Shown here piece by piece: positions 1-12,100 of a stretch of DNA of 64,000 nt. The stretch covers positions 21,762,001 through 21,826,000 of the forward strand of contig OZ024753.1 in assembly GCA_964016885.1 (NCBI GenBank). The letters are read 5' to 3'. The stretch comes from Eledone cirrhosa. Taxonomy: Eukaryota. A program made the position numbers and the translations under genes. Under the pieces are notes generated by a model. That model did not search any database and had not been told where the DNA came from. It saw only the letters and a list, made by a program, of their open reading frames with translations. Every line of letters starts with the position of its first letter. Positions within the stretch are counted from its first letter, which is position 1.

Positions 1-340
1 TTGATGTGGTGGTGGTGGTGGTGGTGGTGGTTGTAGTGGTGGTGGTGGTGGTGGTTGTAGTGGTGGTGTTGATGTGGTGGTGGTGGTGGTGGTGGTTGTA
101 GTGGTGGTGGTGGTGGTGGTTGTAGTGGTGGTGTTGATGTGGTATTGATGGTGGTGGTGGTTGTAGTGGTGGTGTTGATGTGGTATTGATGGTGGTGGTT
201 GGTTTAAAACATTCTTTGATCTCGGTAGTTATTGATACCAAAGAGAGGTTTACTGTTTTTGTTGTTTTTGTTTTGTGGTCTGTCATGGTCGTTGCTGTTG
301 TTGTTGTTGTTGTTGTTGTTGCTGTTGTTGTTGTTGTTGT
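1..340. repeat. (GGT)n/(GTT)n compound microsatellite
   Basis: Direct reading of trinucleotide runs. Confidence 0.9.
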
Positions 341-724
341 CTATTTCATATCATAACCTATTCTGTCTAATATAATTTTATTTCGTTTGGCTTAAAATGT
401 ATGTGTGTATATATATATTTGTGTATGTGTGTATGTATGTGTGTATGTGTATGTATGTATATGTGTATGTATGTGAATGTGTGTATATGTGTGTATGTAT
501 GTATGTGTGTGGCCCTGTAACACCTGGGGTAGTGATAGGGGGCGCTGCATTAATATCCGGCGTTTCAAGGACATTAACTCCTGGCGGAGTCTGAGGTCTA
601 GAAATAGAGAGAAGAATAGTGACAAAGAGGAAGAAACGACCCCAGTACTTGACTGATTTGTTAGTGACCTCGAATGAAAGTTCCTTACAATACGAATGTT
701 GTGTTAGGGTGATATATAGTTAGA

Positions 725-950
725 ATCCTCCATGGTAGACATTACTGTCAGAAACTCCTGTCTCACCTCCTCCATGGTAGACATTACTGTCAGAAACTCC
801 TGTCTCACCTCCTCCATGGAACACCACATGACTGTCAGAAACTCCTGTCTCACCTCCTCCATGGTAGACATTACTGTCAGAAACTCCTGCCTCACCTCCT
901 CCTCCATGGAACACCACATTACTGTCAGAAACTCCTGTCTCCTCTCCTCC
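725..950. repeat. Minisatellite, alternating 42/48-bp units (~5 copies)
   Basis: Repeated cctccatgg...cattactgtcagaaactcctgtctca; the repetitive ORFs here are by-products. Confidence 0.9.
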
Positions 951-1619
951 ACCTCACATGTCATTGTACATCTGACACCACCTATATATTAATTTGTTTA
1001 CACTTTGCAGTTGATCATCGCTGTTTTCATATCTAACGGGGTGAGACAATAATAAAGTACCAGTAACGTAATGAGTCGATTTAATCGGCTTTCTTCTTCA
1101 CCCAAAATTGCTAGCTTCATGTCTAAACCAGAAATCCTTGTCGTATGGAGGCGAGTATTGTCTGGGATTTAATTTCTGTTGAGATATTCAGTAAATCAAT
1201 TACATTAAGTTTAATGCTTTATTCCTGTTATATAGTTCACTCATCACAAACGTAAATTAAACTTAATTTTAGTAACAGACGTTTGATTTCGCTTTTTAAT
1301 TAGATTTACATTTTGTAGTAATAAATATTTCGCACGTTTCCGCTGCTGGCCGTAAAACTTCTGTTAACGTGTCTATAAAAATAGCAGTTGTTGCGTCTTT
1401 TACTTCCTCTAAACATTCCCCCCGAGGAAAGTTTGATATACGCTATAGGTATTGTAATGTTTATCAATAACTGACATGTTTGATGTCTATACTTGTGATA
1501 TGTCAGACGGATTAGTTCTTCGCAATGTCTGTTCCGTTTCATTGAGCTCTGAGTTCAAATTCCAACATGGTTAGCTTTGCCTTTTATCCTTTTAGGGACG
1601 ATAAATAAAGTACCAATAT

Positions 1620-1855
1620 AGGGCAGTGGTTTGGCAGAACTGCTAACACGTCAGACAGCTTGCGTTTCGGTGTTATCTCTCAGCCCATTTCTGTCCTCAG
1701 TTCGCTTGCAATGTAACTGGTTCCAGGTTGTATCTGGGTTTTTTTTCCATTCTTACTGAAGAATTTCGGCTCTTTGTGTTTTGAGTTCAAAACCAGCCGA
1801 GGTTAACATTATTTTTCATCCAGGGTCGATAAAATAAAGTATCAGTTTATTACTG
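1620..1855 (+). mobile_element. Degenerate tRNA-derived SINE
   Basis: tggcagaac A-box-like start; gagttcaaa B box; ccgaggttaac...tttcatcc.gggtcgataaaataaagta core shared with the 14038 copy. Confidence 0.6.
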
Positions 1856-2142
1856 ACTTTCTCTTCCTCTCATTGTCTATCTTTGTTTAGATCTGATGAG
1901 GATCCAAGTTACTGCCCCCCTCTTAACCTCTATCTTACACAAGATCTTACCCACACCCCATAATTTTCTCTCAATTGTACCCACCATTTTACCCATAATT
2001 ATATTTTACCCACAATTTTACTGCCAGTTTTACCTATGATTGTATCCCCCAATTTACTCACCAAATTATCCATCAATTACCCCATGGGTTTCCTCTGAAG
2101 GGTCTTTGAAGTAACGTTACTCCATACGATGCTTAGCTCAGA

Positions 2143-2770
2143 GATTAGTTATGTCCCTACTCCTATTAGTTATGTCCCTACTCCTATTAGTTATGTCACT
2201 ACTCCTATTAGTTATGTCCCTACTCCGATTAGTTAGGTCCCTACTCCTATTAGTTATGTCCCTACTCCGATTAGTTAGGTCCCTACTCCTATTAGTTATG
2301 TCACTACTCCTATTAGTTATGTCCCTACTCCTATTAGTTATGTCCCTACTCCTATTAGTTATGTCACTACTCCTATTAGTTATGTCCCTACTCCTATTAG
2401 TTATGTCCCTACTCCTATTAGTTATGTCACTACTCCTATTAGTTATGTCACTACTCCTATTAGTTATGTCACTACTCCTATTAGTTATGTCCCTACTCCT
2501 ATTAGTTATGTCACTACTCCTATTAGTTATGTCACTACTCCTATTAGTTATGTCACTACTCCTATTAGTTATGTCCCTACTCCTATTAGTTATGTCACTA
2601 CTCCTATTAGTTATGTCACTACTCCGATTAGTTAGGTCCCTACTCCTATTAGTTATGTCCCTACTCCGATTAGTTAGGTCCCTACTCCTATTAGTTATGT
2701 CCCTACTCCGATTAGTTAGGTCCCTACTCCTATTAGTTATGTCCCTACTCCGATTAGTTAGGTCCCTACT
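2143..2770. repeat. 21-bp minisatellite (~30 copies)
   Basis: Unit ctactcctattagttatgtc(c/a) with variant ctactccgattagttaggtcc; explains the MSLLLLV ORF. Confidence 0.95.
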
Positions 2771-3218
2771 CTCTCACAAACACTCTCTTTTTCTCTCTAT
2801 CCGTCTCTCTCTCTCTATTTATCAAGGTACCCGGAAAACCCCCAGATCTCGGGAACCCGTGCACCGATTTAGGCAAAACTTGTTTTATTCCACTTGTATT
2901 CGCATTCCAGGGTCAACTTCCTTTCAAAGTATTTCCCCATTGTATGCCCTTTTGGCTGTATTACATTCCAGACAAGTAAGCAATCGCAGAGTTTTAGTAA
3001 TATACTGGACCACCCGTGACCCGTTGGCTCACTTTCACTTAAAACATAATTTTTAAAGAATTAACATATACAGAGACATGTACATAATGTAAAATGAAAT
3101 TGGAACACGGCTGAGCTCCGGCCGTTTCGACAGATAGTTTCAAGCTAAACCAGTAGTATTAGGACAGCGGGAATCTAGCTGAACATGACACCTTTACTTT
3201 AAATTTAATTTAACTTTG

Positions 3219-3287
<69 letters not shown>

Positions 3288-3359
3288 ATGTATATATATA
3301 TGTGTGTGTGTATGTATATATATATATGTATGTATATATATACATATATATATATATGT

Positions 3360-4330
3360 AAACGGGATAACAAGTTTTCGTTATAGGCAATCCACTTAGA
3401 GGTAGTATAGTACTCTGTGTTGTAGATGGTATTAACGTGTGGCTTAGTTTGACTCAACAAGACGCTTCCATAGTGATGCAGCGAGTTCACGGTGATTTCT
3501 ATGTAGGTTATACTTGGAGTAATAATAATTCAAGAGATAAAAGTAACATGGTTGTCTGTACAATAAGGGTTTTATTAACAGTGCTGACAATTGTTTCTTT
3601 GAGCTGGTAGGTCTAGAGTTCGCTAATCGCTAGATGTTGCGTCAATCGAACTCCAATACTTTGTTTATAACCAGTTAATTCATCAGAGCAAGCGAATGTG
3701 ACGATAATATACAAGGCATGGCTTTTATAGAGGAGTAGTATTAGACCAGAACAGTAATATCAATAACAAAATAACTAGATACTGAATAGTTAAATAAATA
3801 ACATCAATATAAGTGAGAAATAGAATATGATGATAAAATGATAAAACCAGCATGGTAACCTAAGTGATATGATACAGATGTATGAAGTTAACATGTGAAA
3901 ACTACTATAGGTTACTTCAGACGTAGTTTCTGAGGGATTGAGAGATAACTAATAAAATGTACCCAGAGTCAGATTTTGGGAATCTGCCCCTTTAAGTGCA
4001 ATTATGAGTGATCTAGATACAAGTGTGCTGAGGGGCTAAAGACACGCTAGCAATAACCGTAGATTGATTTATGGTCTGACAGATAAGCATTTTCGTTATA
4101 TTAACTCAGTTCGAATGATGGGGGTTTAGTATTCACAACTTCGATGACATATAGTGTATAATCAAGACAATAAATCAAAAATAAAATATGCATGGTAAAT
4201 AGAGAACAGGATGAATAAAATTAGGGATAGGGTACATTAAGATGATTTTAATAGTAATAATAAGAAAAAATTGTCAGCACCGTGAATAAAAACCTTATTG
4301 TACAGACAACCATGTTACTCTTATCTCTTG

Positions 4331-4336
<6 letters not shown>
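3360..4336 (-). mobile_element. Non-coding HHR-bearing element between (TA)n arrays with short inverted segment
   Basis: 3525-3592 is the reverse complement of 4269-4336; HHR at 3582-3690; TA arrays at both sides. Confidence 0.6.
3582..3690 (-). ncRNA. Type I hammerhead ribozyme with extended stem II
   Basis: Minus strand: ugcu CUGAUGA ...cuggu [insert with gaguucg/cgaacuc hairpin] accag... GAAA caauug UC agca; stem I 4 bp, palindromic stem III, GUC site; base of stem II imperfect. Confidence 0.65.
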
Positions 4337-4406
<70 letters not shown>

Positions 4407-4675
4407 CGGCGATGAATTAGATTTGCGAGGTTTTTTTATATGAAATCGTGTGTCGAAACAGATATTGTTATATTTGGGGAGGGTCATATTTGCGTAATAT
4501 TGCCAGAATTAATAACAGAACACACTCACTGTTTGGTTGGTTTTCGCTTCTCGCTGTCTTTTATATATATATATATCTGCGATCTAACTTACTCGGTCCT
4601 CAATGTTGCCATTGACTGACCGGCGGTCAAAAATAATACAGATACAATATAGACAAACACATATATATATAGTTT

Positions 4676-4718
4676 ACATAAATCTTTCGTTGCACATCTG
4701 CAACATCGTCAGTGGTGT
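4676..4718 (-). ncRNA. Minimal HHR motif in PLE pseudo-LTR (copy 1)
   Basis: CUGACGA u guugca gaug ugcaac GAAA gauu UA; 6-bp stem II; AGAUUU is self-complementary with GU pairs; stem I only 2-3 bp. Confidence 0.55.
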
Positions 4719-4990
4719 TATATTCATTGTTCCTCCTGTTGTGTTGTATGTCTACGCCATTTTTTTTTTTTTTGTTCAGTCTGTCTATATATTTATTTAT
4801 TTATTTGCTTGTTTGTTTATCTTATTTTATTTTGTCTTCTTTGCGCATGCGTTTGCGTGTGTGTATAGTGTTATGTGTGATGTGTGACTAGTGTGTATAG
4901 TATTGTGTCTGCTGGGTGACTAGTGTGTGTTTATGTGCTTGTGTATGTATTTATTTATCTTATTTTATTTAATTTAATTTACTTATTTAT

Positions 4991-7900
4991 TTATACTTCT
5001 CTTAGGTCAGTGTTGTTTGTTTGGGTGTTGTTGTTGTTCCACTCATTCTTTCTGTTTAGCTTTGGTCTTCTAATTTCTATTTCACTGGCCTCTCTGATTT
5101 GCCTATCTGCTGGGTCATTCCTATGTTTAGATATTATTCTAATTTCTATGTTGTCTATGTTACCGTCATGATGTTGTCTAGCATGTTCGTATAGTACTGA
5201 CCCGTTTTTTCGTCCTTTTAGTTCCCCCCAGTGTTGGTCTATCCTTTCACCTATGCTACGAGCTGTCTCACCTATGTATGTTGTTGTCGTGTTTCTGCAA
5301 GTACCCTCTGTACATCTTATGCTATAGACTACGTTTCTAGTTTTACAGTTTATCCGGGGGTTCACCTTACATATGATACATTTCCTATTGGTACAGTGGG
5401 TTTTCTTAAAAGGGTAGGTTTTGCTGATCAGGGATTTTATGGTGGTTCCTGTCTTTTCTACCACCTTTATTTTTAAGTGGGTCTTTCTCAGGGCCTTTCT
5501 ACACTGGTTAGCTAATTTCCCTCCAGGGGTGGCGTCCACAAACATGACACTCTGATATCTCTGGTTGTCGTACCATGATGTGGCCTTCCCTATCTTATGT
5601 CTAGCCCTATCTAAGCTATTCCATGATTTGCTCCTGTATAGTGGGCAAATTCCTTTCATGTCCAGTTCTATGAGGGTCTTATACTTTTCCATGGCTCCTT
5701 CGTATACTCTGACTCTGTCTCTTTGGTTGTAGCCAGAGAACTGCATGCGGTTGATGAAGTGTTGGATGTGTCCTTCCATTTCTGTTGGGTCGCACATGCT
5801 GGACACATTCTTCATCACTCGTACCAAATCTGCGATCAGAATATTAAACTTAGCACTACTGGACATTGCTGAGTTTTTGAGTATCAGGTATTTGGAGGCC
5901 ATGGGTTTAGCATAGTGTGAGTGGAGAATTTGGGCTCTCTCGTCTATAGTGTTAATCCAGAGTTCTGTGTCTAATACAGGTAGTCTATTGTTATGGTGTT
6001 TGGAAGGGAAGTCTATAGTTACAGTTATACTCTGGTGTATGGAATTAGCTATCTGCTGGATGCTTTCCATCGTGCTACGTTCTAAATCAAACTTGTTAGT
6101 GCTCTCTAGTGGGGGTGTTCTTATAACTATATTGATATCGTCTACATAACGAGAGTACATGATGAGGTCTATGGAGCTTTCATTAAGGAGATCTTTAAGT
6201 CTCCTTTCCCACCATACCATGAAAAGGTTGGCAACATCGCCAGCTATGCTGACGCCGATGGCTGCTCCCTCATTTTGGGTGTAGATTTTCTCATTGAACT
6301 TAAATATGTGGCCCTTTAGGGTAGTTTTGATACTAGCCCCTATTGCATGTGCGACCATTTTTCTTACCTGATCAGTGTTTTGGGGGGTCCGTATAGCTTT
6401 GGTCCACCCAATCCACCTTCCTATGGGAGTCTTTTTAGCCATTGAGGTTATGGTGGGGGGTCTACCTCTTATAGGTCTACTAGGGCAGAAACATCTAAGG
6501 TCATGGCTGTCTAGGTAGTCAGTGTCGTAGGTAAGTCTAAGTAGGAGGCCCAGTTCGTCTGTGTCGACGTCGCAGAACTCCACCTCACTCTCAATGATCA
6601 TCTCCACACATCTTTTCACAGCAAAATCAATGTTAATGGATGGGTACAGTGACACCACATCCATGCTGCCTATTATGCAGTTGGATAGGCTCCTGTTTTT
6701 GTTGCACTCACTGATTCTGCTGAGGAGGTCCTCTGTACTTTCACATACATCTGGGGACATCTTGATTATGGGGCGTATAACCATTGAGAGGAAGTAGGAG
6801 ATCCTGTAGTTGCTAGCTATATTAGCTCCGCATACAGGTCTTGTTGGTGGTCCTGTTGTCGGGTCGTCGACTGTCTTGTGGTCTTTGCGGAGCCCATACA
6901 AGGGTGGTATGCCATTGTTAGACGCCTGGAAGTTGTTGGCAGTGCGTCTGCTTGGCTTTAGGATGTCAGTCCACATCATCATGTGAGCGTTGAGGATTTT
7001 TTCTCTCCCATCGTGTGTTAGTTGTGCAACTTCGCTCGTGTTGGTGATGTGGGGTTGCATTGCCTCGATGTAGTTCGGCATGCTATCTATTGACATCCTA
7101 CCAGACTTATCTGTGGGTAGACACACTACCTCACCATCCCTTGTGCGCTGCTTGAGGCTAACCAAGCCTTCTACAGGTTTTATCCCAAGTTGTTGGGCCT
7201 CTGGTCTGCTCTGTCTCATAGTGTATCTGTCTACTACTTGTCTAATCTTATTTCTAGCTATGGTGAACTGTGCCTCCGTCTCGTCATCTATTTGTTGTGG
7301 TATGCAAACTCTTTTATTAAAGGGTAACCTCGTAGGATAGATATTACCCATCTTATATGTTTTGTCAGCTGGGTTGAAGAATAGTTTCTCTAAGGGGTTG
7401 TCGTTATTTCTATCGTCATAGTTGTGTGTGTTGCTATTATTATTATCATGGTGGTTGTTGTTGTTTCTATCATTAGCATTAATATTATTATTGTTATGAT
7501 TGCTAGATGTATTGTTGTTTACTTCACCGTTATTGTTGTTGTTGTTACTGCTATTTCTACCATAGTGGTTGTTACTATTATTATGTTTCTTGTTTTTGTT
7601 GATGTTGCTACATGTACTATTTCCATTATTACCACTGTGGTTATTGTTGTTGTTGTTGTTCGTATTGTTACCGTTATTACTACTGTGGTCACTGTTGCTG
7701 TGTCTGTGGTTAACGTTTCTATTATTATTATTATTGTGGTTGTTGTTGTTCTGTCTATCGCTAGTATTATTACCATTATCACTATTTCTCACTTTCCTGC
7801 CATTGTTATGGTTATGGCTGTTATTTCTATACCCAGAGTTATTGTTTATATTACTACTACCGTTATTATTGTTGTTGTTGTTTACCTTTGCATTCCAACG

Positions 7901-8623
7901 TATTTTTGTGAAACACTTTTCCAGTTCCGTTTTGCATTCCATAGGGTTAATCTTTTTGTAGATGGCAAATTTTGGTGGTAACTTTAGGATTTGTTGTTCT
8001 TGTTCACTGATTAAAGTGTTCCCATAGATATTTACTGTGTGGTCATTGGTAAATTCTTCCGGTAGTTTTACATCACTCATACGGATGTTGTCGATGTTAT
8101 CTGGGTATTTTTGAGAATATTCGATTTTCCTTTCTTGTAGTTTTTTCTTATTCATCCATTCTAATTTCTTCTTGAAATGCCTACAGCATTCGTTTTGAGC
8201 ATATTTCGTTTCGCGTCGGATGACGCTCATGAAGTCATCTCTCTCGTTTGCTGTGATGAGATTTCGGATTTCCTTACCGTTGATGCGTTTTTGTCTGTAG
8301 AGTGCGTTGACTTTTGTGTATGTTGTTCTTTTCATATTAACTGTTATTGTGTGTTTTAGCCGTTCAGCTTGTGTTTTGTTCAATAATAAATTATTTACTT
8401 GTTTTGATATGTTTGTTGTGTATGTTTTGGAGGAAACACAGTGTTTTAAGAAGCGGATTTGTTCTGTTGTTATTGTAGTTTTTATATAACAGAAAACAGT
8501 GTCTTTCAATAACCTTTCAGCTTGGCACAAGCTAATGCCATAGCGGCGATGAATTAGTTTTGCGAGGTTTTTTATATGAAATCGTGTGTCGAAACAGATA
8601 TTGTTATATTTGGGGAGGGTCAT
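4991..8623 (-). CDS. PLE polyprotein: N-terminal domain, Asn-rich tract, reverse transcriptase, Cys-rich linker, GIY-YIG endonuclease
   Basis: TDKSG, PPTRPV, SMDVVSLYPSI, GAAIG, RYVDD, LPVLD; CxxxxCxxC..C; NVVYSIRC...YIGETARS..ER..QH...E..EI...P.LN. Confidence 0.95.
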   Translation of the reverse strand: MTLPKYNNICFDTRFHIKNLAKLIHRRYGISLCQAERLLKDTVFCYIKTTITTEQIRFLKHCVSSKTYTTNISKQVNNLLLNKTQAERLKHTITVNMKRTTYTKVNALYRQKRINGKEIRNLITANERDDFMSVIRRETKYAQNECCRHFKKKLEWMNKKKLQERKIEYSQKYPDNIDNIRMSDVKLPEEFTNDHTVNIYGNTLISEQEQQILKLPPKFAIYKKINPMECKTELEKCFTKIRWNAKVNNNNNNNGSSNINNNSGYRNNSHNHNNGRKVRNSDNGNNTSDRQNNNNHNNNNNRNVNHRHSNSDHSSNNGNNTNNNNNNNHSGNNGNSTCSNINKNKKHNNSNNHYGRNSSNNNNNNGEVNNNTSSNHNNNNINANDRNNNNHHDNNNSNTHNYDDRNNDNPLEKLFFNPADKTYKMGNIYPTRLPFNKRVCIPQQIDDETEAQFTIARNKIRQVVDRYTMRQSRPEAQQLGIKPVEGLVSLKQRTRDGEVVCLPTDKSGRMSIDSMPNYIEAMQPHITNTSEVAQLTHDGREKILNAHMMMWTDILKPSRRTANNFQASNNGIPPLYGLRKDHKTVDDPTTGPPTRPVCGANIASNYRISYFLSMVIRPIIKMSPDVCESTEDLLSRISECNKNRSLSNCIIGSMDVVSLYPSINIDFAVKRCVEMIIESEVEFCDVDTDELGLLLRLTYDTDYLDSHDLRCFCPSRPIRGRPPTITSMAKKTPIGRWIGWTKAIRTPQNTDQVRKMVAHAIGASIKTTLKGHIFKFNEKIYTQNEGAAIGVSIAGDVANLFMVWWERRLKDLLNESSIDLIMYSRYVDDINIVIRTPPLESTNKFDLERSTMESIQQIANSIHQSITVTIDFPSKHHNNRLPVLDTELWINTIDERAQILHSHYAKPMASKYLILKNSAMSSSAKFNILIADLVRVMKNVSSMCDPTEMEGHIQHFINRMQFSGYNQRDRVRVYEGAMEKYKTLIELDMKGICPLYRSKSWNSLDRARHKIGKATSWYDNQRYQSVMFVDATPGGKLANQCRKALRKTHLKIKVVEKTGTTIKSLISKTYPFKKTHCTNRKCIICKVNPRINCKTRNVVYSIRCTEGTCRNTTTTYIGETARSIGERIDQHWGELKGRKNGSVLYEHARQHHDGNIDNIEIRIISKHRNDPADRQIREASEIEIRRPKLNRKNEWNNNNTQTNNTDLREV

Positions 8624-8809
8624 ATTTGCGTAATATTGCCAGAATTAATAACAGAACACACTCACTGTTTGGTTGGTTTTCGCTTCTCGCTGTCTTTTAT
8701 ATATATATATCTGCGATCTAACTTACTCGGTCCTCAATGTTGCCATTGACTGACCGGCGGTCAAAAATAATACAGATACAATATAGACAAACACATATAT
8801 ATATAGTTT

Positions 8810-8852
8810 ACATAAATCTTTCGTTGCACATCTGCAACATCGTCAGTGGTGT
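8810..8852 (-). ncRNA. Minimal HHR motif in PLE pseudo-LTR (copy 2)
   Basis: Same sequence as 4676-4718. Confidence 0.55.
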
Positions 8853-9125
8853 TATATTCATTGTTCCTCCTGTTGCGTTGTATGTCTACGCCATTTTTTT
8901 TTTTTTTTGTTCAGTCTGTCTATATATTTATTTATTTATTTGCTTGTTTGTTTATCTTATTTTATTTTGTCTTCTTTGCGCATGCGTTTGCGTGTGTGTA
9001 TAGTGTTATGTGTGATGTGTGACTAGTGTGTATAGTGTTGTGTCTGCTGGGTGACTAGTGTGTGTTTATGTGCTTGTGTATGTATTTATTTATCTTATTT
9101 TATTTAATTTAATTTACTTATTTAT

Positions 9126-12100
9126 TTATACTTCTCTTAGGTCAGTGTTGTTTGTTTGGGTGTTGTTGTTGTTCCACTCATTCTTTCTGTTTAGCTTTGG
9201 TCTTCTAATTTCTATTTCACTGGCCTCTCTGATTTGCCTATCTGCTGGGTCGTTCCTATGTTTAGATATTATTCTAATTTCTATGTTGTCTATGTTACCG
9301 TCATGATGTTGTCTAGCATGTTCGTATAGTACTGACCCGTTTTTTCGTCCTTTTAGTTCCCCCCAGTGTTGGTCTATCCTTTCACCTATGCTACGAGCTG
9401 TCTCACCTATGTATGTTGTTGTCGTGTTTCTGCAAGTACCCTCTGTACATCTTATGCTATAGACTACGTTTCTAGTTTTACAGTTTATCCGGGGGTTCAC
9501 CTTACATATGATACATTTCCTATTGGTACAGTGGGTTTTCTTAAAAGGGTAGGTTTTGCTGATCAGGGATTTTATGGTGGTTCCTGGCTTTTCTACCACC
9601 TTTATTTTTAAGTGGGTCTTTCTCAGGGCCTTTCTACACTGGTTAGCTAATTTCCCTCCAGGGGTGGCGTCCACAAACATGACACTCTGATATCTCTGGT
9701 TGTCGTACCATGATGTGGCCTTCCCTATCTTATGTCTAGCCCTATCTAAGCTATTCCATGATTTGCTCCTGTATAGTGGGCAAATTCCTTTCATGTCCAG
9801 TTCTATGAGGGTCTTATACTTTTCCATGGCTCCTTCGTATACTCTGACTCTGTCTCTTTGGTTGTAGCCAGAGAACTGCATGCGGTTGATGAAGTGTTGG
9901 ATGTGTCCTTCCATTTCTGTTGGGTCGCACATGCTGGACACATTCTTCATCACTCGTACCAAATCTGCGATCAGAATATTAAACTTAGCACTACTGGACA
10001 TTGCTGAGTTTTTGAGTATCAGGTATTTGGAGGCCATGGGTTTAGCATAGTGTGAGTGGAGAATTTGGGCTCTCTCGTCTATAGTGTTAATCCAGAGTTC
10101 TGTGTCTAATACAGGTAGTCTATTGTTATGGTGTTTGGAAGGGAAGTCTATAGTTACAGTTATACTCTGGTGTATGGAATTAGCTATCTGCTGGATGCTT
10201 TCCATCGTGCTACGTTCTAAATCAAACTTGTTAGTGCTCTCTAGTGGGGGTGTTCTTATAACTATATTGATATCGTCTACATAACGAGAGTACATGATGA
10301 GGTCTATGGAGCTTTCATTAAGGAGATCTTTAAGTCTCCTTTCCCACCATACCATGAAAAGGTTGGCAACATCGCCAGCTATGCTGACGCCGATGGCTGC
10401 TCCCTCATTTTGGGTGTAGATTTTCTCATTGAACTTAAATATGTGGCCCTTTAGGGTAGTTTTGATACTAGCCCCTATTGCATGTGCGACCATTTTTCTT
10501 ACCTGATCAGTGTTTTGGGGGGTCCGTATAGCTTTGGTCCACCCAATCCACCTTCCTATGGGAGTCTTTTTAGCCATTGAGGTTATGGTGGGGGGTCTAC
10601 CTCTTATAGGTCTACTAGGGCAGAAACATCTAAGGTCATGGCTGTCTAGGTAGTCAGTGTCGTAGGTAAGTCTAAGTAGGAGGCCCAGTTCGTCTGTGTC
10701 GACGTCGCAGAACTCCACCTCACTCTCAATGATCATCTCCACACATCTTTTCACAGCAAAATCAATGTTAATGGATGGGTACAGTGACACCACATCCATG
10801 CTGCCTATTATGCAGTTGGATAGGCTCCTGTTTTTGTTGCACTCACTGATTCTGCTGAGGAGGGCCTCTGTACTTTCACATACATCTGGGGACATCTTGA
10901 TTATGGGGCGTATAACCATTGAGAGGAAGTAGGAGATCCTGTAGTTGCTAGCTATATTAGCTCCGCATACAGGTCTTGTTGGTGGTCCTGTTGTCGGGTC
11001 GTCGACTGTCTTGTGGTCTTTGCGGAGCCCATACAAGGGTGGTATGCCATTGTTAGACGCCTGGAAGTTGTTGGCAGTGCTTCTGCTTGGCTTTAGGATG
11101 TCAGTCCACATCATCATGTGAGCGTTGAGGATTTTTTCTCTCCCATCGTGTGTTAGTTGTGCAACTTCGCTCGTGTTGGTGATGTGGGGTTGCATTGCCT
11201 CGATGTAGTTCGGCATGCTATCTATTGACATCCTACCAGACTTATCTGTGGGTAGACACACTACCTCACCATCCCTTGTGCGCTGCTTGAGGCTAACCAA
11301 GCCTTCTACAGGTTTTATCCCAAGTTGTTGGGCCTCTGGTCTGCTCTGTCTCATAGTGTACCTGTCTACTACTTGTCTAATCTTATTTCTAGCTATGGTG
11401 AACTGTGCCTCCGTCTCGTCATCTATTTGTTGTGGTATGCAAACTCTTTTATTAAAGGGTAACCTCGTAGGATAGATATTACCCATCTTATATGTTTTGT
11501 CAGCTGGGTTGAAGAATAGTTTCTCTAAGGGGTTGTCGTTATTTCTATCGTCATAGTTGTGTGTGTTGCTATTATTATTATCATGGTGGTTGTTGTTGTT
11601 TCTATCATTAGCATTAATATTATTATTGTTATGATTGCTAGATGTATTGTTGTTTACTTCACCGTTATTGTTGTTGTTGTTACTGCTATTTCTACCATAG
11701 TGGTTGTTACTATTATTATGTTTCTTGTTTTTGTTGATGTTGCTACATGCACTATTTCCATTATTACCACTGTGGTTATTGTTGTTGTTGTTGTTCGTAT
11801 TGTTACCGTTATTACTACTGTGGTCACTGTTGCTGTGTCTGTGGTTAACGTTTCTATTATTATTATTATTGTGGTTGTTGTTGTTCTGTCTATCGCTAGT
11901 ATTATTACCATTATCACTATTTCTCACTTTCCTGCCATTGTTATGGTTATGGCTGTTATTTCTATACCCAGAGTTATTGTTTATATTACTACTACCGTTA
12001 TTATTGTTGTTGTTGTTTACCTTTGCATTCCAACGTATTTTTGTGAAACACTTTTCCAGTTCCGTTTTGCATTCCATAGGGTTAATCTTTTTGTAGATGG

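Noticed and set aside
725-950. CRISPR-like appearance of minisatellites (also 32985-33350, 53960-54190)
   Set aside because: No unique spacers, no cas genes, eukaryotic context
1893-1910. Isolated ctgaNga motifs (also 31890, 40410)
   Set aside because: No properly placed stem II-GAAA partner
2151-3056. 301-aa ORF with MSLLLLV repeats
   Set aside because: Translation of a 21-bp minisatellite; no independent coding evidence
7424-7981. Hydrophobic antisense ORFs (also 11559-12116, 49888-50404)
   Set aside because: Reverse complement of AAC/AAT tracts
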